Origin: Candidatus Methylacidiphilales bacterium
Lineage (GTDB): Bacteria > Verrucomicrobiota > Verrucomicrobiia > Methylacidiphilales > CAZTYG01
Direction of reading: 5' to 3'
DNA length: 64,000 bases
Assembly (NCBI GenBank): GCA_033875315.1
Contig: JANRJG010000011.1
Span: 26,536-90,535 of the forward strand
Shown here: positions 1-8,794 of the stretch, piece after piece
Layout of the letters: each line of letters starts with the position of its first letter
How positions within the stretch are numbered: the stretch's first letter is position 1
Made by a program: the position numbers and the translations under genes
The notes under the pieces: generated by a model
Databases searched by the model: none
What the model was told of the DNA's origin: nothing
The model's input: only the letters and a program-made list of their open reading frames with translations

Positions 1-156
1 AGACTTTGCTTGGCGATCAGCGGGGATGATGCCATGATGCTTTTATTCTCTTTCGCCACAAATTTCGGCAACTTCACACAATTGTTGGTTTAACTTCTGC
101 TTTGGTTTGGAAAGATCCCTTTTCCCGGGAAAGGGAAACCGGAACAAGGAACCGAT

Positions 157-1479
157 ATGGCCAGTAAGACAAAAAAAGTAGCCAAGCGTACCACGCTCGA
201 ACGGAAGAAAAAAACCCTCGTGAAATCGAAGGATAAAGAAAAGAAAGCGGCGGCCAAACCCACCAAACAGGCCAAAGTGGCCCGGGCCAAAAAGTCCGTG
301 GCCGATGCCAAGGCCCGGCAGAAGCTTCCTTCGCGTGGCACCAAAACCCAGCCCTCCACGGCCCGCACCACCAAGGTGCGCAGCGTCGATCCACGGGTGG
401 TTTTGGTCGAGGAACCGGAGGATATTTCCGCCCACAAATTCGACCTGGCCGCCGGTGCGACGCCAGAGCCTGCCCGGTTCGAGCTGCCGGAATATGAGGA
501 TCTGGGCGAATTACCGGCCAAATACGGCACCGGGAAGTTGTTCCTCGTGGCCCGCGATCCCCAGTGGCTCTACGCCTACTGGGACCTGACTTACGACCAA
601 CTGGCGGAAGCACAAAGCCGGGCCCACGACGGCAAGCTCTTCCTGGAACTGCGAAAGGATGGCTCGCGCATCCAGCAGATCCAGATCTCCGCCTGGTCGC
701 ATGACTGGTATCTCCACGCACCACAGGCGGGCTCGGGCTACCTGGCCGAAATTGGCTACTACCGAGGGGACGGTGGATTCGAAGTCGTGGCCCGTTCCTC
801 CGGCGCACCCACCCCCCCGGATGCCATCTCGTGGAAGACCCAGGCCAAGTTCGTCACCATTCCATTCCACTACAGCTTCAAGCAGCTGCGCGACCTCATC
901 GCCCGCTTCCAGCAGCCGGGCGAGGATCTGGGAGACACCCTGGCCCGCCTCCAGGAGGAGGGCTTCCCCTTCCCCTTCGAAGTTCCCCGTCCTCCGGGAA
1001 TGTCGGAGGATGCCTACGTCGAGTTGCTCAGTTATCTGGGCGCCGTTACCATCCGGCGCATCCAGCAAGGTTCGGGGGAGATCATCGAGTTGTTGCGCAA
1101 AAATCTACTCGACCAGTTCAGCACCAGTTCCGGCCAATGGATCAGCAGCATCTCCAGCCCCTTTGGTTCGTCCTTCGGAGCCGGAGACCGCGGATTTTTC
1201 ATGGATGTGAACGCCGAGTTGATCATCTACGGGGGCACCCACCCCCAGGCCACCGTTCGAATCGACGGTGAGAAGATCCAACTCACCCCCGACGGGCGGT
1301 TTTCCTACCACTTCAATTTCAAGGACGGCAAATTCCACATCCCCATCGACGCCCTTTCGCCAGATGGGGTGGAAACCCGCTCCGCCCTGCTTTCCTTCCT
1401 CCGCCTGACCGCATTGGATCCCGGGGTTGAACCGACGCCCCAGGAAACCCGTCCCACGCCTCTGGGGGAGATCGACTGA
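157..1479 (+). CDS. DUF4912-like protein with strongly basic Lys/Ala-rich N-terminal tail
   Basis: 440-aa ORF (ATG 157). From ~aa 110 (LPAKYGTGKLFLVARDPQWLYAYWDL) it resembles DUF4912 proteins, which commonly neighbour GH57 genes. The first 76 aa hold about 21 K and 7 R (my count). Confidence 0.7.
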   Translation: MASKTKKVAKRTTLERKKKTLVKSKDKEKKAAAKPTKQAKVARAKKSVADAKARQKLPSRGTKTQPSTARTTKVRSVDPRVVLVEEPEDISAHKFDLAAGATPEPARFELPEYEDLGELPAKYGTGKLFLVARDPQWLYAYWDLTYDQLAEAQSRAHDGKLFLELRKDGSRIQQIQISAWSHDWYLHAPQAGSGYLAEIGYYRGDGGFEVVARSSGAPTPPDAISWKTQAKFVTIPFHYSFKQLRDLIARFQQPGEDLGDTLARLQEEGFPFPFEVPRPPGMSEDAYVELLSYLGAVTIRRIQQGSGEIIELLRKNLLDQFSTSSGQWISSISSPFGSSFGAGDRGFFMDVNAELIIYGGTHPQATVRIDGEKIQLTPDGRFSYHFNFKDGKFHIPIDALSPDGVETRSALLSFLRLTALDPGVEPTPQETRPTPLGEID

Positions 1480-1559
1480 TCTCACCCCGGTAAGCACCCA
1501 CAGTCCGAAGCCCGGAAAAAGTTACAGCCAATTCGTCACAATCCTGTTTAATACCGCTT

Positions 1560-3149
1560 ATGCCCCAAGGCCACGTCGCCCTCGTCCTCCACGCCCACCT
1601 GCCCTTTGTGCGGCATCCGGAATACCCTTCATTCCTGGAAGAGGACTGGCTGTATGAGGCCATCACCGAAACATACATCCCGCTCATCAACATGATGGAT
1701 GGCCTGCTCCACGATGGAGTGGATTTCCGCCTGACCATGTCGATGACCCCGCCGCTCTGCGCCATGCTCCGGGACCCCCTGCTGCAAGAGCGCTACATCC
1801 ACGAACTGGTCAAACTCATCGGGTTGACCGAGAAGGAAATCGAGCGCACCCGCCAAGGGCAGGAGCACGGCTACCACGAGGTGGCCTGGTTCTACCACCA
1901 CCGACTGAAGGATTGCCTGCATGTCTTCAGCGACAAATACCACCGCGACCTGGTTTCGGCCTTCCGCAAGTTCCAGGACGCCGGCAAGCTCGAGATCATC
2001 ACCTGCGGCGCCACGCATGGATTCCTCCCCCTGATGATGGAATACCCCGAGGCCGTCCGCGCGCAGATCATGGTCGCGCGCGATTCCTACCGCGATTGCT
2101 TCGGCCGCGACCCCCGGGGCATCTGGCTGCCCGAGTGCGCCTATGTGCCGGGCGTGGAAGCATTCCTCCAGGAAGCCGAGATCCGCTGGTTCCTCGTCGA
2201 CACCCACGGGGTCATGTTCGCCGACCCTCGCCCGCGCCACGGCATCTTCGCCCCGCTCTTCACCAAGTCCGGCCCGGCCGCCTTCGGCCGCGACGTCGAG
2301 TCCTCCAAACAGGTCTGGTCCTCGGAGGAGGGCTACCCCGGCGATGTGAACTACCGCGATTTTTATCGCGATGTCGGGTTCGATCTGGATTTCGACTACA
2401 TCAAGGACTACGTGCAACCGAACGGCCTGCGTAAATTCACCGGCCTGAAATACCACCGCATCACCGGCAAGACCTCCTACAAGGAAGTCTACCGTCCGGG
2501 GGTGGCACGCGAGCGCGCGGCCGACCATGCGGGCAATTTCATGTTCAACCGGGAAAAGCAGATCCAACACCTGCATGGCATCATGGGCGGCATCGAACCC
2601 ATCGTCGTCGCCCCCTACGATGCCGAATTGTTCGGCCATTGGTGGTTCGAGGGTCCCGACTTCCTCAATTTCTTCCTGCGCAAGAGTGCCTACGACCAGC
2701 ACACCTACCGCACGACCACGCCCGGGGAATACCTGCAGATGTTTCCGACCCAGCAACTGGCCCAGCCCGCCGCTTCCAGTTGGGGGGCCAAGGGCTACTG
2801 GGAAGTGTGGCTCGAGTCCTCGAACGCCTGGATCTACCCCCACTTGCACGTGGCCGCCCAGCGGATGATCGCCCTGGCCCGTGATCACCGGGATTGCTAC
2901 GGACTGACCGACCGGGCCATGAAACAGGCTGCCCGCGAACTCTTGCTGGCCCAGAGCAGCGACTGGGCCTTCATCATGAAGACCGGCACCATGGTGCCCT
3001 ACGCGGTCAAACGAACCAAGGACCACATCCTCCGCTTCACCCGCCTTCACGACCAAATCCGCGCCAACACCATCGACGAGCGCTTCCTGGCAAACTGCGA
3101 GTGGCGTGACAACATCTTCCCCGACATCAATTGGCGCCATTACCTCTGA
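1560..3149 (+). CDS. glycoside hydrolase family 57 alpha-glucan enzyme (branching-enzyme type)
   Basis: 529-aa ORF. GH57-type motifs GHVALVLHAHLPFVRHPE, ITCGATHGFLPL and IWLPECAY. Lies 80 nt after the DUF4912 gene. Confidence 0.85.
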   Translation: MPQGHVALVLHAHLPFVRHPEYPSFLEEDWLYEAITETYIPLINMMDGLLHDGVDFRLTMSMTPPLCAMLRDPLLQERYIHELVKLIGLTEKEIERTRQGQEHGYHEVAWFYHHRLKDCLHVFSDKYHRDLVSAFRKFQDAGKLEIITCGATHGFLPLMMEYPEAVRAQIMVARDSYRDCFGRDPRGIWLPECAYVPGVEAFLQEAEIRWFLVDTHGVMFADPRPRHGIFAPLFTKSGPAAFGRDVESSKQVWSSEEGYPGDVNYRDFYRDVGFDLDFDYIKDYVQPNGLRKFTGLKYHRITGKTSYKEVYRPGVARERAADHAGNFMFNREKQIQHLHGIMGGIEPIVVAPYDAELFGHWWFEGPDFLNFFLRKSAYDQHTYRTTTPGEYLQMFPTQQLAQPAASSWGAKGYWEVWLESSNAWIYPHLHVAAQRMIALARDHRDCYGLTDRAMKQAARELLLAQSSDWAFIMKTGTMVPYAVKRTKDHILRFTRLHDQIRANTIDERFLANCEWRDNIFPDINWRHYL

Positions 3150-3230
3150 CCCGCGGTCCATCGCGCGGCTGACTTCGGGATTCAGGAACCGGGGTTGCGG
3201 TCCTCGCCCCATCCCTTCTAGGATGAGCGG

Positions 3231-3881
3231 ATGAAACGGACCGTCTTCGCGCTCATCGCGCTTTACCTCCTGACGATCATCGCCTTTGCCGGACTCTACC
3301 TCATCACGCCGCCGCGCGAGGTGGTGCGGGAAATCATCCGTGAAAAAACCCCGGAGCCGGTGGAAAAATGGGTCGCTCCGGTGGAGAAAATGGTCCAGGA
3401 CACGCTCCGACCCTTGGTGCCCGGAGAGGTTGCAGCCGCCGGGGAAACAGACTTGTTGCGCGATCTCGGCCCGGTCCGGGTCCAGGTCATCGCACCGGTC
3501 GAGGATTCCGGCGCCGTGCCGGTGGATGTGGCCGAAACCGCGGTTCTGGCCGTTCTGTCGCGGAAAAACATTCCAGTATCCACCGATGCCGCGCCCGCGC
3601 TGCAAGTGTCCCTGCGCGGAAAATGGGATGAAGGCGGACAAAATCTGGCCTACCATGTCCGCGTGGCCTTGTCCGAACCCGCCCGGGTGCGCCGTCCGGG
3701 TGGAATGGTGCCGGTAGCGGCTGAAATCTGGCAGCGGGACCAGCACGGTTTCCTTCCCAAGTCCCGGGTGCCACAGGACGTGATCGGTGAAGCCGCCGCC
3801 CTCACGACAATCTTTGCCGATGCCCTCCTCCAAGCCCAAACCGGAAGCCAACCGGCGGTTCCCACCCCGGCCCAGCCCTGA
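3231..3881 (+). CDS. hypothetical membrane-anchored protein
   Basis: 216-aa ORF with N-terminal hydrophobic helix FALIALYLLTIIAFAGLYLI. No family motif recognised. Same strand, 81 nt after the GH57 gene. Confidence 0.5.
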   Translation: MKRTVFALIALYLLTIIAFAGLYLITPPREVVREIIREKTPEPVEKWVAPVEKMVQDTLRPLVPGEVAAAGETDLLRDLGPVRVQVIAPVEDSGAVPVDVAETAVLAVLSRKNIPVSTDAAPALQVSLRGKWDEGGQNLAYHVRVALSEPARVRRPGGMVPVAAEIWQRDQHGFLPKSRVPQDVIGEAAALTTIFADALLQAQTGSQPAVPTPAQP

Positions 3882-3958
3882 GCGGCTGAGGTGACCCCCT
3901 GCCGCAATTCAGTTGCAGCGGCGTCCTCTTGGCCTATTTTTGAACCCAGTTCTTTGCT

Positions 3959-5173
3959 GTGAAGAAAAAAACGACCCCACCTGTCTTTGCCCCCATCGAG
4001 GAAGTCATCGCCGACATCCGCAAGGGCCGCATGGTCATCCTCACCGACGATGCCTCCCGGGAAAATGAGGGCGACCTCATCCTGGCAGCGGAAAAAGCCA
4101 CCCCCAGCGCGATCAACTTCATGGCCCGCTTCGGCCGCGGCCTCATTTGCGCCCCGATTGACAGCGCACGCGCGACCCAACTCGGCCTCCAGCGCATGGT
4201 CCTCGACAACCGTGAGAGCCACAAGACCGACTTCACCGTCACCGTCGATGCCGCCCGCGGCATCACCACCGGTATCAGCGCCGCCGACCGCGCCAAAACC
4301 ATCCGCCTCCTCGCCGGAAAAAAAACCCGGCCTTCCGACCTCGTCCAACCCGGGCACGTCTTTCCTCTCAAGGCCAAGGACGGGGGCGTTCTCCAGCGCG
4401 CCGGCCACACCGAGGCCGCCGTCGACCTGGCCCGCCTGGCCGGCCTCGACCCCTCGGCCGTGATCTGCGAGATCCTCCAGGACGACGGCACCATGGCCCG
4501 TGTGCCCGGGCTCATCGATTTCGCCCGGACCCATGGCCTCAAACTGGGCACCATCCGCGACCTCATTGAATACCGCCGCCGCACCGAGAAACTGGTCGTG
4601 CGTGCGCAGACCATCCAGATGCCGACCGACTACGGCATGTTCGACCTCCACCTTTACACCTCACAGACCGATGGCAGCCATCACCTGGCCCTGGTCAAGG
4701 GCAGGATTCCCAAGGACCAGCCCGTCCTGGTTCGCGTGCACAGCGAGTGCCTGACCGGGGATGTCTTCGGCTCGCGTCGCTGCGACTGCGGCCACCAGCT
4801 CCATGACGCCCTGCGCATGATCGAACGGGCCGGGGCCGGCGTTCTGGTCTACATGCGGCAGGAAGGACGCGGCATCGGCCTTCCGGCCAAGATCCATGCC
4901 TACAAGCTGCAGGAAAAGGGCCTCGATACCGTGGAAGCCAACCTCAAGCTCGGCTACGCCCCCGACCTGCGCGAATACGGACTCGGCGCCCAGATCCTCC
5001 ACGACCTGGGCGTCCGCCGGATGCGGCTCATGACCAACAACCCCAAGAAAGTCGTCGGACTGGCCGGCTACGGCTTGGAACTCGTCGACCAGGTCCCCAT
5101 CCGTTCCAAGCCCAATGCCCACAACCGCCGTTACCTCGAAACCAAGAAGCGCAAGATGGGCCACAAGCTTTGA
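3959..5173 (+). CDS. ribBA: bifunctional 3,4-dihydroxy-2-butanone-4-phosphate synthase / GTP cyclohydrolase II
   Basis: 404-aa ORF with GTG start. N-half is DHBP synthase (DDASRENEGDLILAAEKATP). C-half is GTP cyclohydrolase II (VRVHSECLTGDVFGSRRCDCGHQL, YMRQEGRGIGL). Confidence 0.92.
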   Translation: MKKKTTPPVFAPIEEVIADIRKGRMVILTDDASRENEGDLILAAEKATPSAINFMARFGRGLICAPIDSARATQLGLQRMVLDNRESHKTDFTVTVDAARGITTGISAADRAKTIRLLAGKKTRPSDLVQPGHVFPLKAKDGGVLQRAGHTEAAVDLARLAGLDPSAVICEILQDDGTMARVPGLIDFARTHGLKLGTIRDLIEYRRRTEKLVVRAQTIQMPTDYGMFDLHLYTSQTDGSHHLALVKGRIPKDQPVLVRVHSECLTGDVFGSRRCDCGHQLHDALRMIERAGAGVLVYMRQEGRGIGLPAKIHAYKLQEKGLDTVEANLKLGYAPDLREYGLGAQILHDLGVRRMRLMTNNPKKVVGLAGYGLELVDQVPIRSKPNAHNRRYLETKKRKMGHKL

Positions 5174-5195
5174 ACGGCACCCTAACCCCATTCCC

Positions 5196-5606
5196 ATGAA
5201 AACCACCATCGGCATCGTCGCCTCGCTCTTCAACAAATCGTTTGTCGATGGCCTGATTGATTCCGCCCTCGTCCAGCTCAAGGGACAACGGGTCGATGTC
5301 GTACGGGTGCCGGGCTCATTCGAGATCCCCCTGGCCACCCAGCGTCTCCTGGCCCGCAGCGATGTCGGGGCCGTCATCGCCTTCGGCGTCATCTGGCAGG
5401 GCCAGACCGCCCATGCCGACCTCATCGGCCAGACCGTGACCGGGTCGCTGATGGACCTGATGCTCAAGCACGACAAACCCGTCATCCACCAGGTGTTGGT
5501 GGTCAAAAACGAAGCCCAGGCCAGGGCCCGCTGCTTCGGCAAAAAACTCAACCGCGGCAGCGAAGCCGCCCAGGCCGTCAAACTTCTCCTGAATCTCAAA
5601 AAATAA
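5196..5606 (+). CDS. ribH: 6,7-dimethyl-8-ribityllumazine synthase
   Basis: ORF 5115..5606 trimmed to ATG 5196 (MKTTIGIVASLFNKSFVDGL). VPGSFEIP motif. Lies 22 nt after ribBA. Confidence 0.9.
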   Translation: MKTTIGIVASLFNKSFVDGLIDSALVQLKGQRVDVVRVPGSFEIPLATQRLLARSDVGAVIAFGVIWQGQTAHADLIGQTVTGSLMDLMLKHDKPVIHQVLVVKNEAQARARCFGKKLNRGSEAAQAVKLLLNLKK

Positions 5607-5616
5607 GACTTACCCC

Positions 5617-6078
5617 ATGGGCAAACGCCGCGAGGGACGCATGCTGGTCGTCCAATTCTTCTACCAGCAGGAACACAGTCCGTCGAAGCCACTCGACGAC
5701 GGCCTGCTCGTTTTCTGGCTCATGGTCGACTGCACCGCCGAGGCGCGCAAGTTCGCCGAACCGCTCATCCGGGGCATGGCCCCCCGTCTCAAAGAACTCG
5801 ATGCCCACCTCAACCGCATCGCCCAGAACTGGGACACCAAGCGCATGGCCCCGGTGGACCGGAACATCCTCCGCTTGGCCCTCTACGAGATGCACCATGT
5901 TCCCGAGGTTCCCCCGGTGGTGGCGATCAATGAAGCCATCGAACTGGCCAAGGAATTGAGCACCGACGACTCCGGGAAATTCGTCAACGGCATCCTCGAC
6001 CGTGCCCGCAAGGAACTCCCCCGCCCGGCCCCAACAGCCGGCCCGGGCAACCGGCCATCGAAAAAGAAACCCGCCTGA
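5617..6078 (+). CDS. nusB: transcription antitermination factor NusB
   Basis: 153-aa ORF with NusB-like NWDTKRMAPVDRNILRLALYEM and INEAIELAKELS. Classical ribH-nusB order. Confidence 0.85.
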   Translation: MGKRREGRMLVVQFFYQQEHSPSKPLDDGLLVFWLMVDCTAEARKFAEPLIRGMAPRLKELDAHLNRIAQNWDTKRMAPVDRNILRLALYEMHHVPEVPPVVAINEAIELAKELSTDDSGKFVNGILDRARKELPRPAPTAGPGNRPSKKKPA

Positions 6079-6128
6079 GCGGCCCGCGCGGCAACTCACC
6101 AGCGTCAAGTTAGTAGATTTATCAAATC

Positions 6129-6956
6129 ATGATAGGAATATTCAGGAAATGGATTTCCGAGGCCCGCGGGGGCCGGGTCGACTGGGAAGAACTGGAGGCC
6201 ATGCTGATCCAGGCCGATCTGGGCTACGCCCTGGTCCAGCGCATCCTGGCCCGGTTGAAGGACCGGCCGCTCAATGCGGAAAACATCGGGGCCGCCGCCC
6301 GCACAGAAATCACCGCCCTCTGGCCGCGCGTCCCCGCCCCACCGGTGCCAGCCGACGGAGAGGTCTGGATGGTAATCGGCATCAACGGCGCGGGCAAGAC
6401 CACGACCCTGGCCAAGTTGGCCCACCGCTACCAGAACCGCGGCGTCCACCTCGTGGCCGCCGACACCTTCCGCGCCGCCGCCATAGAACAACTGCGCGTC
6501 TGGTCCGAGCGGGTCGGCTGTGGGTTCACAGCGGGCCGTGAGGGCGGCGATCCCGCCGCCGCGGCCTACCAAGGAGTCGAGGATGGACGCAGGGCCGGGG
6601 CCGGGCTCATCCTCATCGACACCGCCGGACGGCTGCACAACAAGGACAACCTCTTGCGCGAATTGGAGAAGGTCAAGCGGGTCGTGGGCAAAAACGATCC
6701 CGGCTCACCCCACCACACCCTGCTGGTGGTCGATGGCACCAACGGGGCCAACGCCCTGCTCCAGGCCGAACAATTCCACAAGAGTGTCGGCCTGACCGGT
6801 CTGATCGCCACCAAGCTGGACAGCACGGCCAAAGGCGGCGCCATCGCCGCGATCAAATCCGAGCTCGGGCTGGATACTTTTTTCATCGGCACCGGCGAAT
6901 CCCCCGAAGACCTGAGGCCATTCTCTCCGGATGAATACGTCGACCGCTTCTTTTAA
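6129..6956 (+). CDS. ftsY: signal recognition particle receptor FtsY (NG domain only)
   Basis: 275 aa. SRP-GTPase motifs GINGAGKTTTLAKLA, DTAGRLHNK and TKLDSTAKGG. No acidic A domain. Confidence 0.9.
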   Translation: MIGIFRKWISEARGGRVDWEELEAMLIQADLGYALVQRILARLKDRPLNAENIGAAARTEITALWPRVPAPPVPADGEVWMVIGINGAGKTTTLAKLAHRYQNRGVHLVAADTFRAAAIEQLRVWSERVGCGFTAGREGGDPAAAAYQGVEDGRRAGAGLILIDTAGRLHNKDNLLRELEKVKRVVGKNDPGSPHHTLLVVDGTNGANALLQAEQFHKSVGLTGLIATKLDSTAKGGAIAAIKSELGLDTFFIGTGESPEDLRPFSPDEYVDRFF

Positions 6957-7089
6957 CCGGCCAAATTCATGGAAGTGATGCCCCGCCGCCGATGCCAGGA
7001 CCGCAACATAAAGGGACAAATGGCCCTATTCATGATGGGGTAATCACGATAAAACCTTCGACTCAACGAACATTCTCCGAAACAGCCCC

Positions 7090-7476
7090 ATGACCCATTC
7101 CCGCAAATCACTCGAAGAAGCCACACTCTATGCTCTGGCCATGGGATGTCCGCGTTGTGCCGAGGCGGCGGATTGTCCGATGCGGCCGATCCAGGGCCTG
7201 CCCTACGGCAGGCGCTTCACCGCCGTGGATGCACTTTCTCGGGAAGAACGGGCGCAGGTCTTGGAACACTCGGGAACATGCCTGGGTTGCATGTCGCCCA
7301 ATACTTTGCGCGACGGCCCTTTCGTCGAGTCCCTCATGCTTTGGCGGGATGTTCAGCAACGGATCGGCACCTCGCAGGAGCGGGAAGAAGACCTGGAAAC
7401 CGCCGTGAATTCCGCCCACACCGTGCGCAACGCCCTCATGGCCATGGCGGCCCGCCCCTGGCCTGTGTCTGCCTGA
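7090..7476 (+). CDS. hypothetical Cys-rich protein
   Basis: 128-aa ORF with Cys pattern GCPRCAEAADCP ... GTCLGCM. No family recognised. The antisense ORF 7108..7494 is judged spurious. Confidence 0.4.
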   Translation: MTHSRKSLEEATLYALAMGCPRCAEAADCPMRPIQGLPYGRRFTAVDALSREERAQVLEHSGTCLGCMSPNTLRDGPFVESLMLWRDVQQRIGTSQEREEDLETAVNSAHTVRNALMAMAARPWPVSA

Positions 7477-7513
7477 CGATTTGTCGGCTTCCATCCCAAA
7501 GGACGAACTCCGG

Positions 7514-8317
7514 TCACCCGTTGGCCAGTTCCTCGGAGCGTCTGGCGGCGGCGCTGATGGTCTCCCGGATGAGGGCTTCGGTGCGTGCGCTGTCGAGGAT
7601 CTTCAGCCCGGCCTCGGTGGTGCCGCCCTTGCTCGTCACTTGGGCCATGAGTTCGCGCGGCGGGGTGCCGGTTTCCAGGATCATTTGCGCGGCCCCGCGC
7701 GCGGTCTGCGCCGCCATGCGCAGGGCTTCCCCGGATTCCAGTCCATTTTCCCGTGCCGCCCTGGCCATCAGGTCGATCAGAAGATAAAAAAACGCCGGGC
7801 CCGAGCCGGAAAGGGCGGTGACGGCGTTCATTTCCTTTTCCCCGACCAGAACCACCCGGCCAACAGCGGCAAATACCGAACGGGCACGTTCCAGGTCGCT
7901 CTCGGTGCATACGGCGTTGCCGGACAAGGCGGTCACACCTTCTCCCACCAGGGCGGGGGTATTGGGCATGGCGCGGACGATGCGGCGCTCCGGGCCGGAC
8001 AAGGACTGCAGACGGGCCAGGGGCACGCCGGCACAAACGGAGATGAAAACACTCGACCACGGGGCCCCGGCCCCCTCCGGCAGGGCCTCGTGGATCTGCT
8101 GGGGTTTGACCGCCCAGAGGACGACATCGGCGGCGGCCACCGCGGCCGGGATGGAATCCGCCCAACGGAGCCCGGGATGGATGGCCTGGAAGGCGCCTCG
8201 CGCCTCGGGCATGCGGTCGGTGGCCGTGATCTGCCCCGGCGGCACCAGCCCGGATTTGATCCAGCCACGGGTGAGGGCCCGCCCAAGGTTTCCGGCGCCG
8301 ATGAGGGTCAGGTTCAT
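7514..8317 (-). CDS. proC: pyrroline-5-carboxylate reductase
   Basis: 267 aa. Rossmann start MNLTLIGAGNLGRAL and C-terminal VTSKGGTTEAGL. Confidence 0.9.
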   Translation of the reverse strand: MNLTLIGAGNLGRALTRGWIKSGLVPPGQITATDRMPEARGAFQAIHPGLRWADSIPAAVAAADVVLWAVKPQQIHEALPEGAGAPWSSVFISVCAGVPLARLQSLSGPERRIVRAMPNTPALVGEGVTALSGNAVCTESDLERARSVFAAVGRVVLVGEKEMNAVTALSGSGPAFFYLLIDLMARAARENGLESGEALRMAAQTARGAAQMILETGTPPRELMAQVTSKGGTTEAGLKILDSARTEALIRETISAAARRSEELANG

Positions 8318-8368
8318 GGAGGAATCGATTGTTTCGGGGTTAGGAGGAGATGAAGCTGAAATGGGAAA

Positions 8369-8794
8369 TCAAGGGGATGCCGGGTCGACGGTCAAGGGAA
8401 ACGCGGGGATGCGGATGAGCAGGGTTTCACCGTCCTCATCGCGGGCGGTGTAGGCCCCCTCGGCGGTGCTGGTGGAGTCGACCAGGTGGTAGCTGTTGTA
8501 GCGGAAGCTGTCGCCGGGTGTGAGACGGGGGAACTGGCCGACGACGCCATCGCCCTGGACGACGAGCTTGTGGCCCTTGGCATTGGTCAGGACCCATTTG
8601 CGGCCGGTGATGGTGACAACGCGCAGGCTGTGGTTGTGGATGGAGATGTGATAGGCGAACTTGTGCGGCCGGTGGGGGGGGGCATCGCTGGCGGGCACGC
8701 ACTCCACGCGGTCGACGGCGGCGGTGAGCCCGGGGAGTTCGCGGGGCTTGGGAGTCGCATCAGCCATGCCCCATCCAACGTCGGGCGGGGTCAT
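8369..8794 (-). CDS. apaG: ApaG / DUF525 domain protein
   Basis: 141-aa ORF with HKFAYHISIHNHS...ITGRKWVLTNAKGHKLVVQGDGVVGQFPRLTPGDSFRYNS. ATG 8794 overlaps the MBOAT stop (ATGA). Alternative ATG at 8767. Confidence 0.8.
   Translation of the reverse strand: MTPPDVGWGMADATPKPRELPGLTAAVDRVECVPASDAPPHRPHKFAYHISIHNHSLRVVTITGRKWVLTNAKGHKLVVQGDGVVGQFPRLTPGDSFRYNSYHLVDSTSTAEGAYTARDEDGETLLIRIPAFPLTVDPASP

Noticed and set aside
1629-3851. A 740-aa ORF on the minus strand spanning the GH57 gene and the next gene.
   Set aside because: It is antisense to a CDS with clear GH57 motifs. Its translation is Gly/Arg/Ala/Pro/His-rich low complexity, typical of stop-poor antisense frames in high-GC DNA, and I recognise no family motif.
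3882-3958. A possible FMN (RFN) riboswitch upstream of ribBA.
   Set aside because: Only 77 nt are available and I find none of the conserved RFN core segments. Just a weak hairpin at 3899-3921 that more likely terminates the upstream gene.
6969-7043. A 24-codon ORF (MEVMPRRRCQDRNIKGQMALFMMG) in the ftsY-downstream spacer.
   Set aside because: There is no SD, no recognisable features and no supporting context, so it is probably a chance ORF.
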